64,000 nucleotides of DNA from a virus, in IMG/VR virus record IMGVR_UViG_3300032308_001681, positions 1 to 64,000 of that record. One strand, written 5' to 3'. How positions within the stretch are numbered: position 1 is the stretch's first letter; the number at the start of each line of letters is the position of its first letter. A program made the translations under genes and the position numbers. The notes beneath the pieces are model-generated. The model searched no databases and was not told where the DNA came from. It was given only the letters and a program-made list of their open reading frames with translations. Positions 1 through 7,962 of the stretch are shown piece after piece.

Positions 1-30
1 ATCAGCAAATGCTGTGCTAGTCTATGCAAC

Positions 31-492
31 ATGAATTCCATGACCGGACCACTTATAGGCATAATCATTGGCGCTGGCACGATTATCGGCAGTGCCGTTG
101 GCGTATCCACCGCTGCACCCGAAGCCCCTGTCGAGACTGTGACAGTAGCTTTCGAGACACCTGCTGCTCCTCCGGTTCCACAACAGGCTTCTGCAACAAC
201 CGTTATTGGCGCAGTTGTAGCGGGGTTATCGACGCAGTGTTCTAACGTAAACGGTTCTATTACAAACCCAGATAACTGGATGCTGTGGGACCCAAATGCA
301 GTTAATCACCTTGGCTATTGGGAAGTTGCCGCAAACAGCACTTCTGGCCTTGTTGTGTTGCGCGTAATGCCACAAGATGGCCATGTGTACATCTATCCGT
401 ACAATGCGCCAGAATACGAGTCGTATGCAGATGCCGAACAGGCTTTTGCGGAATGGCAATGCCCCGAATACCTAGACGTAATAAAGGAGTAA
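31..492 (+). CDS. hypothetical secreted/membrane-anchored protein
   Basis: 153-aa ORF, N-terminal hydrophobic segment (LIGIIIGAGTIIGSAVGV), TAGTCT -10-like hexamer just upstream. Confidence 0.7.
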   Translation: MNSMTGPLIGIIIGAGTIIGSAVGVSTAAPEAPVETVTVAFETPAAPPVPQQASATTVIGAVVAGLSTQCSNVNGSITNPDNWMLWDPNAVNHLGYWEVAANSTSGLVVLRVMPQDGHVYIYPYNAPEYESYADAEQAFAEWQCPEYLDVIKE

Positions 493-494
493 CG

Positions 495-770
495 ATGTCC
501 GGAAAGAACCAGCAAAAGCGGATTGCTAAGAACCTCGCGCACGTAGAGATGGTGTGGGAGCGCGAGCAAATCCAAGCAGCAAAAGCAAAAGCTTCTTTGG
601 ATGAGGCTCTTGCCACCATCCGAAAGAACATCGCCGAACTTGATGATGAGAAAATGGCAACTATTGAGACACAGGCCGCTCGTCGTTACAAGGAAATCGA
701 AGAGTTCATCATGTCTGCCCGGGATAAGTACGTCGCAAAAATGAAGGAACTGAACCCAGACTTTAAGTAA
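495..770 (+). CDS. hypothetical coiled-coil protein
   Basis: AAGGAG RBS before ATG 495 (MSGKNQQ...); helical charged sequence; start corrected from ORF track 318. Confidence 0.75.
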   Translation: MSGKNQQKRIAKNLAHVEMVWEREQIQAAKAKASLDEALATIRKNIAELDDEKMATIETQAARRYKEIEEFIMSARDKYVAKMKELNPDFK

Positions 771-791
771 AGCTTCTGTCAAACTGTATGT

Positions 792-977
792 ATGGGAGCT
801 AATAACGAAGACTTCGGCCTTGGAGCCATACACGCGCGTCTAGGCATGCTGGGTACTCAGCGCAATGACCCTAAATACTCGGGGCCTGACACTCAGACGC
901 AGGAGTTTGAGGGCAGCAATGTCGAGGACACTACTGATGAGAACAAGTTTGCTGGAAACGCACACCGTCGGTTCTAG
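792..977 (+). CDS. hypothetical protein (probably leaderless)
   Basis: 61-aa ORF, CAAACT hexamer 6 nt before ATG. Confidence 0.6.
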   Translation: MGANNEDFGLGAIHARLGMLGTQRNDPKYSGPDTQTQEFEGSNVEDTTDENKFAGNAHRRF

Positions 978-983
978 GAGTAA

Positions 984-1064
984 ATGCTAATGGAAAAAGA
1001 CAACTACGAGTTTATTGTCATCGAAAATGACGAGTACGACGAGTACGACGAAGAAGACGAGTAG
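984..1064 (+). CDS. 26-aa highly acidic peptide (MLMEKDNYEFIVIENDEYDEYDEEDE)
   Basis: AGGAG RBS upstream; stop overlaps GTG start of next gene; not in ORF track. Confidence 0.55.
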   Translation: MLMEKDNYEFIVIENDEYDEYDEEDE

Positions 1065-1354
1065 TGTTTCCGTACATTGACCAAAATCAGCTGGCCCCGT
1101 ACTACGAGGCCGAGATGCGTAGATATGGTCGTCAAAACATTGAGCGCGGGTATACCGGAATAGGGTACTGGTTTTACGGGTACCCCACGTATATTTCCGC
1201 TATGCAAGGAACTTCAGGCATAACTACAGCAGCGCCACCACAGGGCGACCAAGCTCAGCCAGATGCAGACTCAAAGATGGCTGGGGCTATTCTTGAAGCC
1301 GGTGCTGCAACCTCGGGGGTAAACTCCGGCGCGTCAGGAACTGCCGCCAGCTGA
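1064..1354 (+). CDS. hypothetical protein
   Basis: 96-aa ORF coupled to previous stop codon. Confidence 0.6.
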   Translation: MFPYIDQNQLAPYYEAEMRRYGRQNIERGYTGIGYWFYGYPTYISAMQGTSGITTAAPPQGDQAQPDADSKMAGAILEAGAATSGVNSGASGTAAS

Positions 1355-1391
1355 GGCTGTGTAACAGCCATTTTTTTGTCATCATAGAGAC

Positions 1392-1628
1392 ATGGTTTAT
1401 ATGGTGCCTCGCAAGCAAGTCTTGCCATTTCCGCAACGAAACCTACGCGTAGAGTTTACTTCGGCATCGTTTCCAAAATCGAAAGAACGACCATCTATCA
1501 TTGGGTCTAACGGGCAAGGCCGGGGTGTTCAGGGCGAGCACAGCAACGGAGGAAATAACTCCGGAGGAAGCGATGCTTCCGAGCTGTGGCGGTCAATAAA
1601 CGCTCGCCGCCAGTGGGGCGTCAAGTAA
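1392..1628 (+). CDS. hypothetical protein
   Basis: 78-aa ORF, CATCAT hexamer 6 nt before ATG. Confidence 0.6.
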   Translation: MVYMVPRKQVLPFPQRNLRVEFTSASFPKSKERPSIIGSNGQGRGVQGEHSNGGNNSGGSDASELWRSINARRQWGVK

Positions 1629-1661
1629 CCTGTCCTCGGCTACCATTAGGAAAATTCAGCC

Positions 1662-2036
1662 ATGATAACAATCGACTTAAGCATACTTACCTCTATTGCA
1701 GTCATTACGAGCTGTGTGATAGCGGTCCTTTCGGCGGTGGTATTCCCTATGGCTCGAAAATTTAAGACGTTTAGTAGTGGCTGGGATGACTTTATGCGCG
1801 ATTGGAAGGGCGAAGACGCTGAGCCCGGGCGCGACCACGCCCCCGGTGTCATGGAGCGTCTGAATGACATTGATGGCGAGTTTAAAAAGAATTCTGGCTC
1901 CACTTTGAAGGACGCAGTAGCCCGCATTGAGAGTAAGCTTGATGAAGGCGAGACGCGCATGGCGCGCATAGAAGACCGACTACGAAAAGGCGACGAAAAG
2001 ATGAGTCGCATTGAGGAAAAGCTTAACGATGGCTGA
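1662..2036 (+). CDS. membrane protein with one TM helix and C-terminal coiled coil (lysis-accessory-like)
   Basis: N-terminal hydrophobic helix; PGVMERL...GSTLKDAVARIE resembles actinophage lysis-cassette membrane proteins. Confidence 0.65.
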   Translation: MITIDLSILTSIAVITSCVIAVLSAVVFPMARKFKTFSSGWDDFMRDWKGEDAEPGRDHAPGVMERLNDIDGEFKKNSGSTLKDAVARIESKLDEGETRMARIEDRLRKGDEKMSRIEEKLNDG

Positions 2037-2742
2037 CAACTTCGCAATGCCGAATCAGCAAGTCCCTATTGGAGCTAAGCCAGCAGAGTACAACTATGGC
2101 ACGGGGAATGAGCTAGTCGAACGGGGAGTACAACTTGTAGGCTCCGTCCTTAACAAGTTTGGCAGTTCATTGGAAAAGCGCCGGGATGAGATTGCTAAAG
2201 GCCGTAAAGAACACATGGACGAAGCAGCGGCCAATGCTCGCGGAGACGCCCAAACCGAGTGGAACAAGATTGCTGCAAAAGGCGCCATGAAGTTTGCCAC
2301 TAAAGCCATGATGGCCGATATTAACACAAACAACATTCTTCGAATCGGTGAGAGTGGGCTGGCGTCTAGCGCAAAAACCGGAAGTAAAAACGCGTCTGCA
2401 ACATTTAATCCCCCTCCTGCTAATGCACAGCCTTCAGCAGTAGCGTCTCCTGCAGCAAAGCCTCGTATTAAGCGGACAGAGAGTAGAGTAGACAAACTTC
2501 CTAACGGCGGAACCGTTAGGACTACTGTGCCGATTGGTACAAAGAACATTGACGAGTTGCACAAGGCATCTTTACAAGGTCACAGCACGGCAACTCCAAC
2601 CACGCCAACTCGGGCTAAGGCAACAACGCCTAAGTCCACCACACGCTCCACCGCGCCCAAACCCACTGGTAACAAGGCTCCCACAGCTAAAGCTCCGGCA
2701 GCTAAGCCTCCCGCAGCTCGCAAGCCTCGGCCACCTAAGTAA
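2029..2742 (+). CDS. hypothetical protein with histone-H1-like K/A/P/T-rich C-terminus
   Basis: ATG 2029 overlaps upstream stop region; C-terminus KAPTAKAPAAKPPAARKPRPPK. Confidence 0.7.
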   Translation: MADNFAMPNQQVPIGAKPAEYNYGTGNELVERGVQLVGSVLNKFGSSLEKRRDEIAKGRKEHMDEAAANARGDAQTEWNKIAAKGAMKFATKAMMADINTNNILRIGESGLASSAKTGSKNASATFNPPPANAQPSAVASPAAKPRIKRTESRVDKLPNGGTVRTTVPIGTKNIDELHKASLQGHSTATPTTPTRAKATTPKSTTRSTAPKPTGNKAPTAKAPAAKPPAARKPRPPK

Positions 2743-2774
2743 CTCTCACCAACATCAATTAAGGAAGTACCACC

Positions 2775-3038
2775 ATGTCTAAATGCGTCAACTGCACTCG
2801 CGAAGCCAACATCGTTTGGGCCGCTCCCGGAGCGGAAGAAGTGCTGTACTGCACTCGGTGCCGTCCGTCTTTTACATACAAAGAGGAGTACGTACGCTAC
2901 GCTCAGCCGGTTCCTCTGGTTGAAGCACCTGTTGAAGAGCCTGCCCCCAAAACGTCAAAGAAGACGTCTAAGGGAGAAGCCCCCTCTGAAGCGCCCGCCG
3001 AAGAGACAACTGCTCCCGCAGAGGAGCCCACACCCTAA
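2775..3038 (+). CDS. small zinc-finger protein with acidic/Pro-rich tail
   Basis: CxxC...CxxC; AAGGAAG RBS. Confidence 0.7.
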   Translation: MSKCVNCTREANIVWAAPGAEEVLYCTRCRPSFTYKEEYVRYAQPVPLVEAPVEEPAPKTSKKTSKGEAPSEAPAEETTAPAEEPTP

Positions 3039-3053
3039 GGAGATACCCATCAA

Positions 3054-3134
3054 ATGAAAGAAACAGACAACGTAGACGGCTATGTCGTCGCAATTGACCC
3101 AATGGACCTCCTGCAGTGCGATTCTTGCCAGTAA
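3054..3134 (+). CDS. 26-aa peptide MKETDNVDGYVVAIDPMDLLQCDSCQ resembling the C-terminal CxxC redox tail of ribonucleotide reductase alpha subunits
   Basis: strong RBS AAGGAGA at 3037-3043, ends CDSCQ-stop, followed by terminator hairpin; below ORF-track length cutoff. Confidence 0.7.
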   Translation: MKETDNVDGYVVAIDPMDLLQCDSCQ

Positions 3135-3153
3135 GTTAGTCTCATCATGCCTT

Positions 3154-3176
3154 AGCCCTCCTTTTGGAGGGCTTTG
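3154..3176 (+). terminator. intrinsic terminator
   Basis: AGCCCTCC-TTTT-GGAGGGCT stem followed by T-rich bases. Confidence 0.6.
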
Positions 3177-3191
3177 TGCTTATATGAGGGT

Positions 3192-3428
3192 ATGCCTGTT
3201 ATCCGTAAGTTTGCCATTCAGGGCCACGCTATTCCTAAAACGGCGCATGCTCCCAGAGGCCCCTTCCCCCCAGAGGTTATGGCGCAACCAAAAGTTTATA
3301 ATGACGACTCTCAAGGGGACTCTCTTCACGAAGCTCTTGACGACGTTAGGCTGTTTCGTTGCAAGGATTGTGGGACGATTTTATATGAGGCAGAGCTTTC
3401 TGACCACGACTGTGATAAGGAAGACTAG
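3192..3428 (+). CDS. small zinc-finger protein
   Basis: C-terminal CKDC...HDC; likely start ATG 3192. Confidence 0.65.
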   Translation: MPVIRKFAIQGHAIPKTAHAPRGPFPPEVMAQPKVYNDDSQGDSLHEALDDVRLFRCKDCGTILYEAELSDHDCDKED

Positions 3429-3481
3429 CCTTTCCCCGACGCGTAGGGGACAATCCACTCTCTAGAGAAAGAACAAATATT

Positions 3482-4138
3482 ATGGCAGTAAATGAAAACG
3501 GAAACCTGCTCGATGACGCAGGTAACGTAGCCGTAGATTTCGTGTGGGGCAACATCCCGCTCCAGCCGAATGACGAACGACTTGAAAATGGCGGCGCACT
3601 CCTTGACGCCACTCTCGACAGCCACGAAATTGCCTACCAAGGCTGGAATGGCTACCCCATCTACACCCCCAACGCCGCAGGTGCTGAAGGCTTGGGCTAC
3701 ATCGTAGTTCCTAGCGTTCTTGGCGTGGCTACAGCACTTGCAAGCCGCATCCTTACGGATGATGGGCTTACGGTCACCACAGCTGCTGGTGCAACCAACA
3801 CCGCTACTCAGCCCACTCGCATTAACGTCACGACGACGACTGCTGCAACGGTTACCGTTGCTGGCGGAACTGACACATGGGCAGTTGGCACCAAGGTCAC
3901 CATTACGGCTGGTACGGGTATCCCCGCAGCACTCGTTGGTACTTGGACGGTAACTGGCGGCTCAGGAAGCACCCTCGTTATCTCGGGTACTGGCTGGACT
4001 GTTGCTGACACGGGAGCTATCACGCCCGGAACTCAGCTTAAGGGTGCTGCTGCAACCATCAAGGCTCAGTCGGTCGCTGCTGGTGCTAACACGATTGCAG
4101 TCGGCGCAGCTATCACCATCACGCCTTGGGCTGCTTAG
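3482..4138 (+). CDS. putative virion structural/decoration protein (PASTA-like and beta-rich segments)
   Basis: T/A/G/V-rich, VVPSVLG...QSVAAG PASTA-like bracket, highly biased codon usage. Confidence 0.6.
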   Translation: MAVNENGNLLDDAGNVAVDFVWGNIPLQPNDERLENGGALLDATLDSHEIAYQGWNGYPIYTPNAAGAEGLGYIVVPSVLGVATALASRILTDDGLTVTTAAGATNTATQPTRINVTTTTAATVTVAGGTDTWAVGTKVTITAGTGIPAALVGTWTVTGGSGSTLVISGTGWTVADTGAITPGTQLKGAAATIKAQSVAAGANTIAVGAAITITPWAA

Positions 4139-4153
4139 TCTCTTAGGTAGCTA

Positions 4154-5023
4154 ATGGCTAACGCGTCTCAACGCATGCCTCCATCTCGGCCGTCACAAGC
4201 TGAGATGGAGGCACGCATGGCTGCCATCAGTGCCGGTGACCCCCGGAACAGGCTGTATGGATTCGATAGAGGAAGTGCTAAAGAGGCATACCAAATCGGG
4301 CGAGTTAGCCGCGTAACACCAACTGGCGTTCCTCGCCAAAACCCGTCAGTAAACCCCGACGTTATTGACGAGTCGTTTGCAGCTGCTTTGCCAATTGCTG
4401 CTCAGGGCGGTGAGTTTGCCCGTACTCGAACATACGGCGGGACTCTTCGTAGGTACGGTCCCTCGAGCTTTGTAACTGAAGCTTACGCCGTCCTTACGGA
4501 CCAGCCCGATTCGGCAAACTACGGGCACGACGTAACCGCGGGCACGTACTACAACCCCCAGACGTATGCCAATTACGCCAAGGACCCACGCGATAATGAC
4601 CAAGGTCCGGCGGCTATTACGGTACGCCCGACATCAACGTCAAACCCTCGGCGGCCACGAACTATTGCGGCAGGCTATGACCCTGACCGGCTAACTTTGA
4701 CCGTCATTTTTAGAGACGGAACGTTTTACAACTACTACAACGTGGGCCGAGCAGCGTGGGATGGGTTTAAGGCGGCCACATCTAAAGGACGGTACATCCG
4801 GCAATTCCTTGACCGAAAACCTCGAGGATATGCACAAATGTCTTACTTGTCCCAGCAGGCACAAGAATTGTTCTATAGAGTTGCTCGTGCCAACCAAATT
4901 CTGTTTTCAGGAAATCAAGGGATGCGCCCACTGCGTCAACCTAAGGGCACTTCCCCTAAAGCAACTTTCGGTAAAAATCCTGCTACTGCAAACAAGAACC
5001 CCGCAAAACGACGAAAGCCATAA
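4154..5023 (+). CDS. KTSC-domain protein
   Basis: TSTS...AGYDPDRLTLTVIFRDGTFYNYYNV...WDGFKAATSKGRYI is the KTSC signature. Confidence 0.75.
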   Translation: MANASQRMPPSRPSQAEMEARMAAISAGDPRNRLYGFDRGSAKEAYQIGRVSRVTPTGVPRQNPSVNPDVIDESFAAALPIAAQGGEFARTRTYGGTLRRYGPSSFVTEAYAVLTDQPDSANYGHDVTAGTYYNPQTYANYAKDPRDNDQGPAAITVRPTSTSNPRRPRTIAAGYDPDRLTLTVIFRDGTFYNYYNVGRAAWDGFKAATSKGRYIRQFLDRKPRGYAQMSYLSQQAQELFYRVARANQILFSGNQGMRPLRQPKGTSPKATFGKNPATANKNPAKRRKP

Positions 5024-5024
5024 C

Positions 5025-5372
5025 TTGCCTCAAGTACACAACATCGGTAAAACTCGGTTCACTCAACTTCTTCGCAACTACCGCGCTCAATGGGGCTGGC
5101 GAGTAGTTGTCCGCGGCTGGACTCAGGAGATTGAGGAGCCCTTTAGAACCGCAGAGCCCTTTATTGTGAGACTTCCGTTTCATAACGCGTTAGTATTGGG
5201 GCGTTGGACCGGCAGTCAGGAAACTGAAGAGGCCGCATTAAGTAACGCAATTCAAGGACGGGTGTTAACAGACGATGATTTTTCAGAAGAAAAAGGATGG
5301 GTCCCAGCCCCAGACCAAGCTCCAGAAGAGAGTTGGTATGATATCTACTCCAGAACTGGTGACTTGGGCTGA
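5025..5372 (+). CDS. hypothetical protein
   Basis: likely TTG start at 5025 directly after KTSC gene stop; same frame as ORF track 4761..5372. Confidence 0.6.
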   Translation: MPQVHNIGKTRFTQLLRNYRAQWGWRVVVRGWTQEIEEPFRTAEPFIVRLPFHNALVLGRWTGSQETEEAALSNAIQGRVLTDDDFSEEKGWVPAPDQAPEESWYDIYSRTGDLG

Positions 5373-5514
5373 AAACTCCCTGTTTGTAATTGGCAAAAAC
5401 GTTACCGGGTGGATGAAGACAAAAGAAGGGTTTCTTTTGGATGAGGCTGACCTTGGGGCTGAGGCGTTGTACGCAATTACGCAGGAATTGAAGAAGCGGG
5501 CCAAGTATGACTGA
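5275..5514 (+). CDS. hypothetical helical protein upstream of terminase
   Basis: 79-aa ORF overlapping terL start; overlaps previous gene by 98 nt. Confidence 0.6.
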   Translation: MIFQKKKDGSQPQTKLQKRVGMISTPELVTWAENSLFVIGKNVTGWMKTKEGFLLDEADLGAEALYAITQELKKRAKYD

Positions 5515-7096
5515 CGACGAGCTCGAGAGTAAATTTGAAGAGATTACTCCCGAGTTTTATCAGGAAAACTACGAGACTAATGAGTTTGACGACGTCGATG
5601 ACGACATGGATGAGCTCAGCCAAGAGTTTGTAAATAAACTTATTGAAAAGATTATGCACTTTATGGTGGTGCTGGTAGGCCACGACCTGCACAGCTACCA
5701 AAAGCCTTTGGCACGAAGAATCATTGAATCTGTAATCATCAACGATGGCGAAGAAGTTACCGCTCTAGCCTCTCGTCAGTCTGGAAAAACTGAGACTGTT
5801 TCAGACACCTTGGCAACTCTGATGGTCATTCTTCCGTTGCTCGCAAAGCTGTACCCGGACCTACTGGGTAAGTTTAAAGGCGGTTTGTGGGTCGGCATGT
5901 TTGCCCCCACAGAGTCACAGGCAGAAACCCTGTTCAGTCGAACCGTTACGCGGCTTACCTCAGAGCGTGCTATTGAGATTCTTGGCGACCCAGAGATTGA
6001 CGACTCTGCCAAACGTGTTGGTGGCGTTACCAAAATGATTAGGCTACAGCGTTCTGGGTCCACACTGACCATGATGACGGCCAACCCTCGCGCCAAGATT
6101 GAGTCTAAGTCGTTTCACGTTGTTGTTATTGACGAGTGTCAAGAGGCCGACGACTTTACGGTATCTAAGTCAATTTCTCCCATGCTGGCGTACTACGCCG
6201 GAACCATGATTAAGACCGGTACCCCAACTACAAGCAAAAACAACTTCTACAGGGCCATTCAGCTAAATAAACGCCGAGCTACTGGCCGAGGGGCACGACA
6301 GAACCACTTTCAGTGGGACTGGAAAGACGTTGCTAAAGTAAACGAAAACTACGCCAAATTCATCAGCAAAGAGAAACTTAGAATTGGCGAAGACTCAGAC
6401 GAGTTTCAAATGTCATACAACTGCAAGTGGCTGCTTGAACGAGGAATGTTTGTTACGCAGACTCTCATGGATGAGCTTGGGGATACCAGCCAAGAGCTTG
6501 TAAAGATGTGGCACAAAACGCCCGTGGTTGTCGGCATTGACCCGGCCCGTAAAATGGACTCCACCGTGGTGACTGTCGTTTGGGTCGACTGGGATAGGCC
6601 AGACGAGTTCGGGTACTTTGACCACCGCGTGCTTAATTGGCTCGAGATTCAGGGCGATGACTGGGAAGAGCAGTACTTCCAGATTGTCAACTTCTTGAGT
6701 AACTACGATGTTCTTGCCATTGGTGTAGACGCTAACGGTGTCGGTGACGCCGTGGCCCAACGACTCAAAGTGCTTATGCCCCGAGCAGAAGTCATTGCGC
6801 TTACGTCTAGTCAGTCCGAGCAGTCCAAGCGCTTCAAGCACCTCCAAGCGTTAATGCAACGCCGCATGCTGTCGTTTCCTGCCCATGCAAAGACCCGTCG
6901 ACTTCGACTTTGGAAGCGGTTTACGCAGCAAATGACTGATGCAGAAATCCAGTACAAAGGGCCAAACTTTACAGTGGCTGCTCCAGATGAAACGTACGCG
7001 CACGATGACTACGTAGACTCACTGGCCATTGCTTGCTCAATGACAGTCGATTTGGTCATGCCAGAGGTTCAGGTAAGTTCTAGTGCATTTTTCTAA
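5507..7096 (+). CDS. terL: terminase large subunit
   Basis: Walker A SRQSGKT, Walker B VVIDE, motif III GTP, RNase H nuclease GIDPARKMD and HDDYVDSLA. Confidence 0.95.
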   Translation: MTDDELESKFEEITPEFYQENYETNEFDDVDDDMDELSQEFVNKLIEKIMHFMVVLVGHDLHSYQKPLARRIIESVIINDGEEVTALASRQSGKTETVSDTLATLMVILPLLAKLYPDLLGKFKGGLWVGMFAPTESQAETLFSRTVTRLTSERAIEILGDPEIDDSAKRVGGVTKMIRLQRSGSTLTMMTANPRAKIESKSFHVVVIDECQEADDFTVSKSISPMLAYYAGTMIKTGTPTTSKNNFYRAIQLNKRRATGRGARQNHFQWDWKDVAKVNENYAKFISKEKLRIGEDSDEFQMSYNCKWLLERGMFVTQTLMDELGDTSQELVKMWHKTPVVVGIDPARKMDSTVVTVVWVDWDRPDEFGYFDHRVLNWLEIQGDDWEEQYFQIVNFLSNYDVLAIGVDANGVGDAVAQRLKVLMPRAEVIALTSSQSEQSKRFKHLQALMQRRMLSFPAHAKTRRLRLWKRFTQQMTDAEIQYKGPNFTVAAPDETYAHDDYVDSLAIACSMTVDLVMPEVQVSSSAFF

Positions 7097-7181
7097 TACT
7101 TAGAGTTTGATAACACTTTGGAGCTAAAACTTGTCAGACTTGTAATTGAAATGCGCATTTCAACATACTAAGGAGTTTCTC

Positions 7182-7577
7182 ATGGGTATTGGACCCGCAC
7201 CCGTTTTCCCGGAGCGTTCGCCTCAGTCTTACGACATGAAGGCCGCTGGCAACCTTGAGCGTCGTGGACCTCTTCGTTTCGAAGAAGGTATTGCGACTGA
7301 CACGGATGTCCCCACCGATTTCCAGAAGGGAATCATGAGCGGCTTTGCTTCCGCTCCCGGTCGTCCGAACCGGAATGCCCCCGTATGGCAGAAGCCTGCC
7401 GCTGAGACCCTTGGCGAGCGTGCTCACGTTGGTTCTTGCTCTTGGATTGAGGCCCCGACGTTCCTCGGAGAGTTTGCTCACGGTTCGTTCTCGAACTACG
7501 CTGAGCAGACTGTTGAGGTCGTTGCTCGCTCGGGTGCTCGCACTCAGCGCCTCAACCCGACTGTCGTAAACGACTAG
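7182..7577 (+). CDS. conserved head-module protein of unknown function
   Basis: AAGGAG RBS before ATG 7182; codon bias like the capsid gene. Confidence 0.75.
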   Translation: MGIGPAPVFPERSPQSYDMKAAGNLERRGPLRFEEGIATDTDVPTDFQKGIMSGFASAPGRPNRNAPVWQKPAAETLGERAHVGSCSWIEAPTFLGEFAHGSFSNYAEQTVEVVARSGARTQRLNPTVVND

Positions 7578-7579
7578 AC

Positions 7580-7645
7580 TCTGACGAAAGGCTCCACCAC
7601 AGCCCCCGTCGTTACGGCAGTGGTTGTAGTGGAGCCTCTCTCAGA
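7580..7645 (+). other. long imperfect stem-loop in intergenic region
   Basis: TCTGA/TCAGA, AGGCTCCAC/GTGGAGCCT, ACAGCC/GGTTGT, GTCG/CGGC nested pairings. Confidence 0.65.
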
Positions 7646-7656
7646 TTGGAGAGCAG

Positions 7657-7959
7657 ATGTATTCGCGTAACGAACGCGGGAGCCTAGTTCACAAGGGTGA
7701 CCACTCTGGTGGACACAAGGTTCCGACTAACGAGCGTCTTTGGAGCATGATTATCATGCAGGCCAAAGCTCGTTTTTCTAAGTACCCGTCCCCGGGCGCA
7801 AGCCACTGGGTGCACGACCAGTACATTAAACATGGCGGTCAGTTTGCGGATGTGTCGGTAAAGACTCGTCAAGAAAAGATGGCAAAAAAGCACTTCGAAG
7901 AGAAGAAGCGCGAACAACTCGCACGGCGGGTTAACAAACAAAAAGAAAAAGGGCGATAA
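7657..7959 (+). CDS. small basic protein (DUF5872-like)
   Basis: PTNERLW...AKARFSKYPS...YIKHGGQF, Lys-rich tail; similar to the 17636 protein. Confidence 0.65.
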   Translation: MYSRNERGSLVHKGDHSGGHKVPTNERLWSMIIMQAKARFSKYPSPGASHWVHDQYIKHGGQFADVSVKTRQEKMAKKHFEEKKREQLARRVNKQKEKGR

Positions 7960-7962
7960 GTA

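Noticed and set aside
7581-7645. Hammerhead ribozyme suggested by CTGACGA followed by a stem
   Set aside because: No GAAA after the stem and no stem I/III with a cleavage triplet; explained as a simple long hairpin
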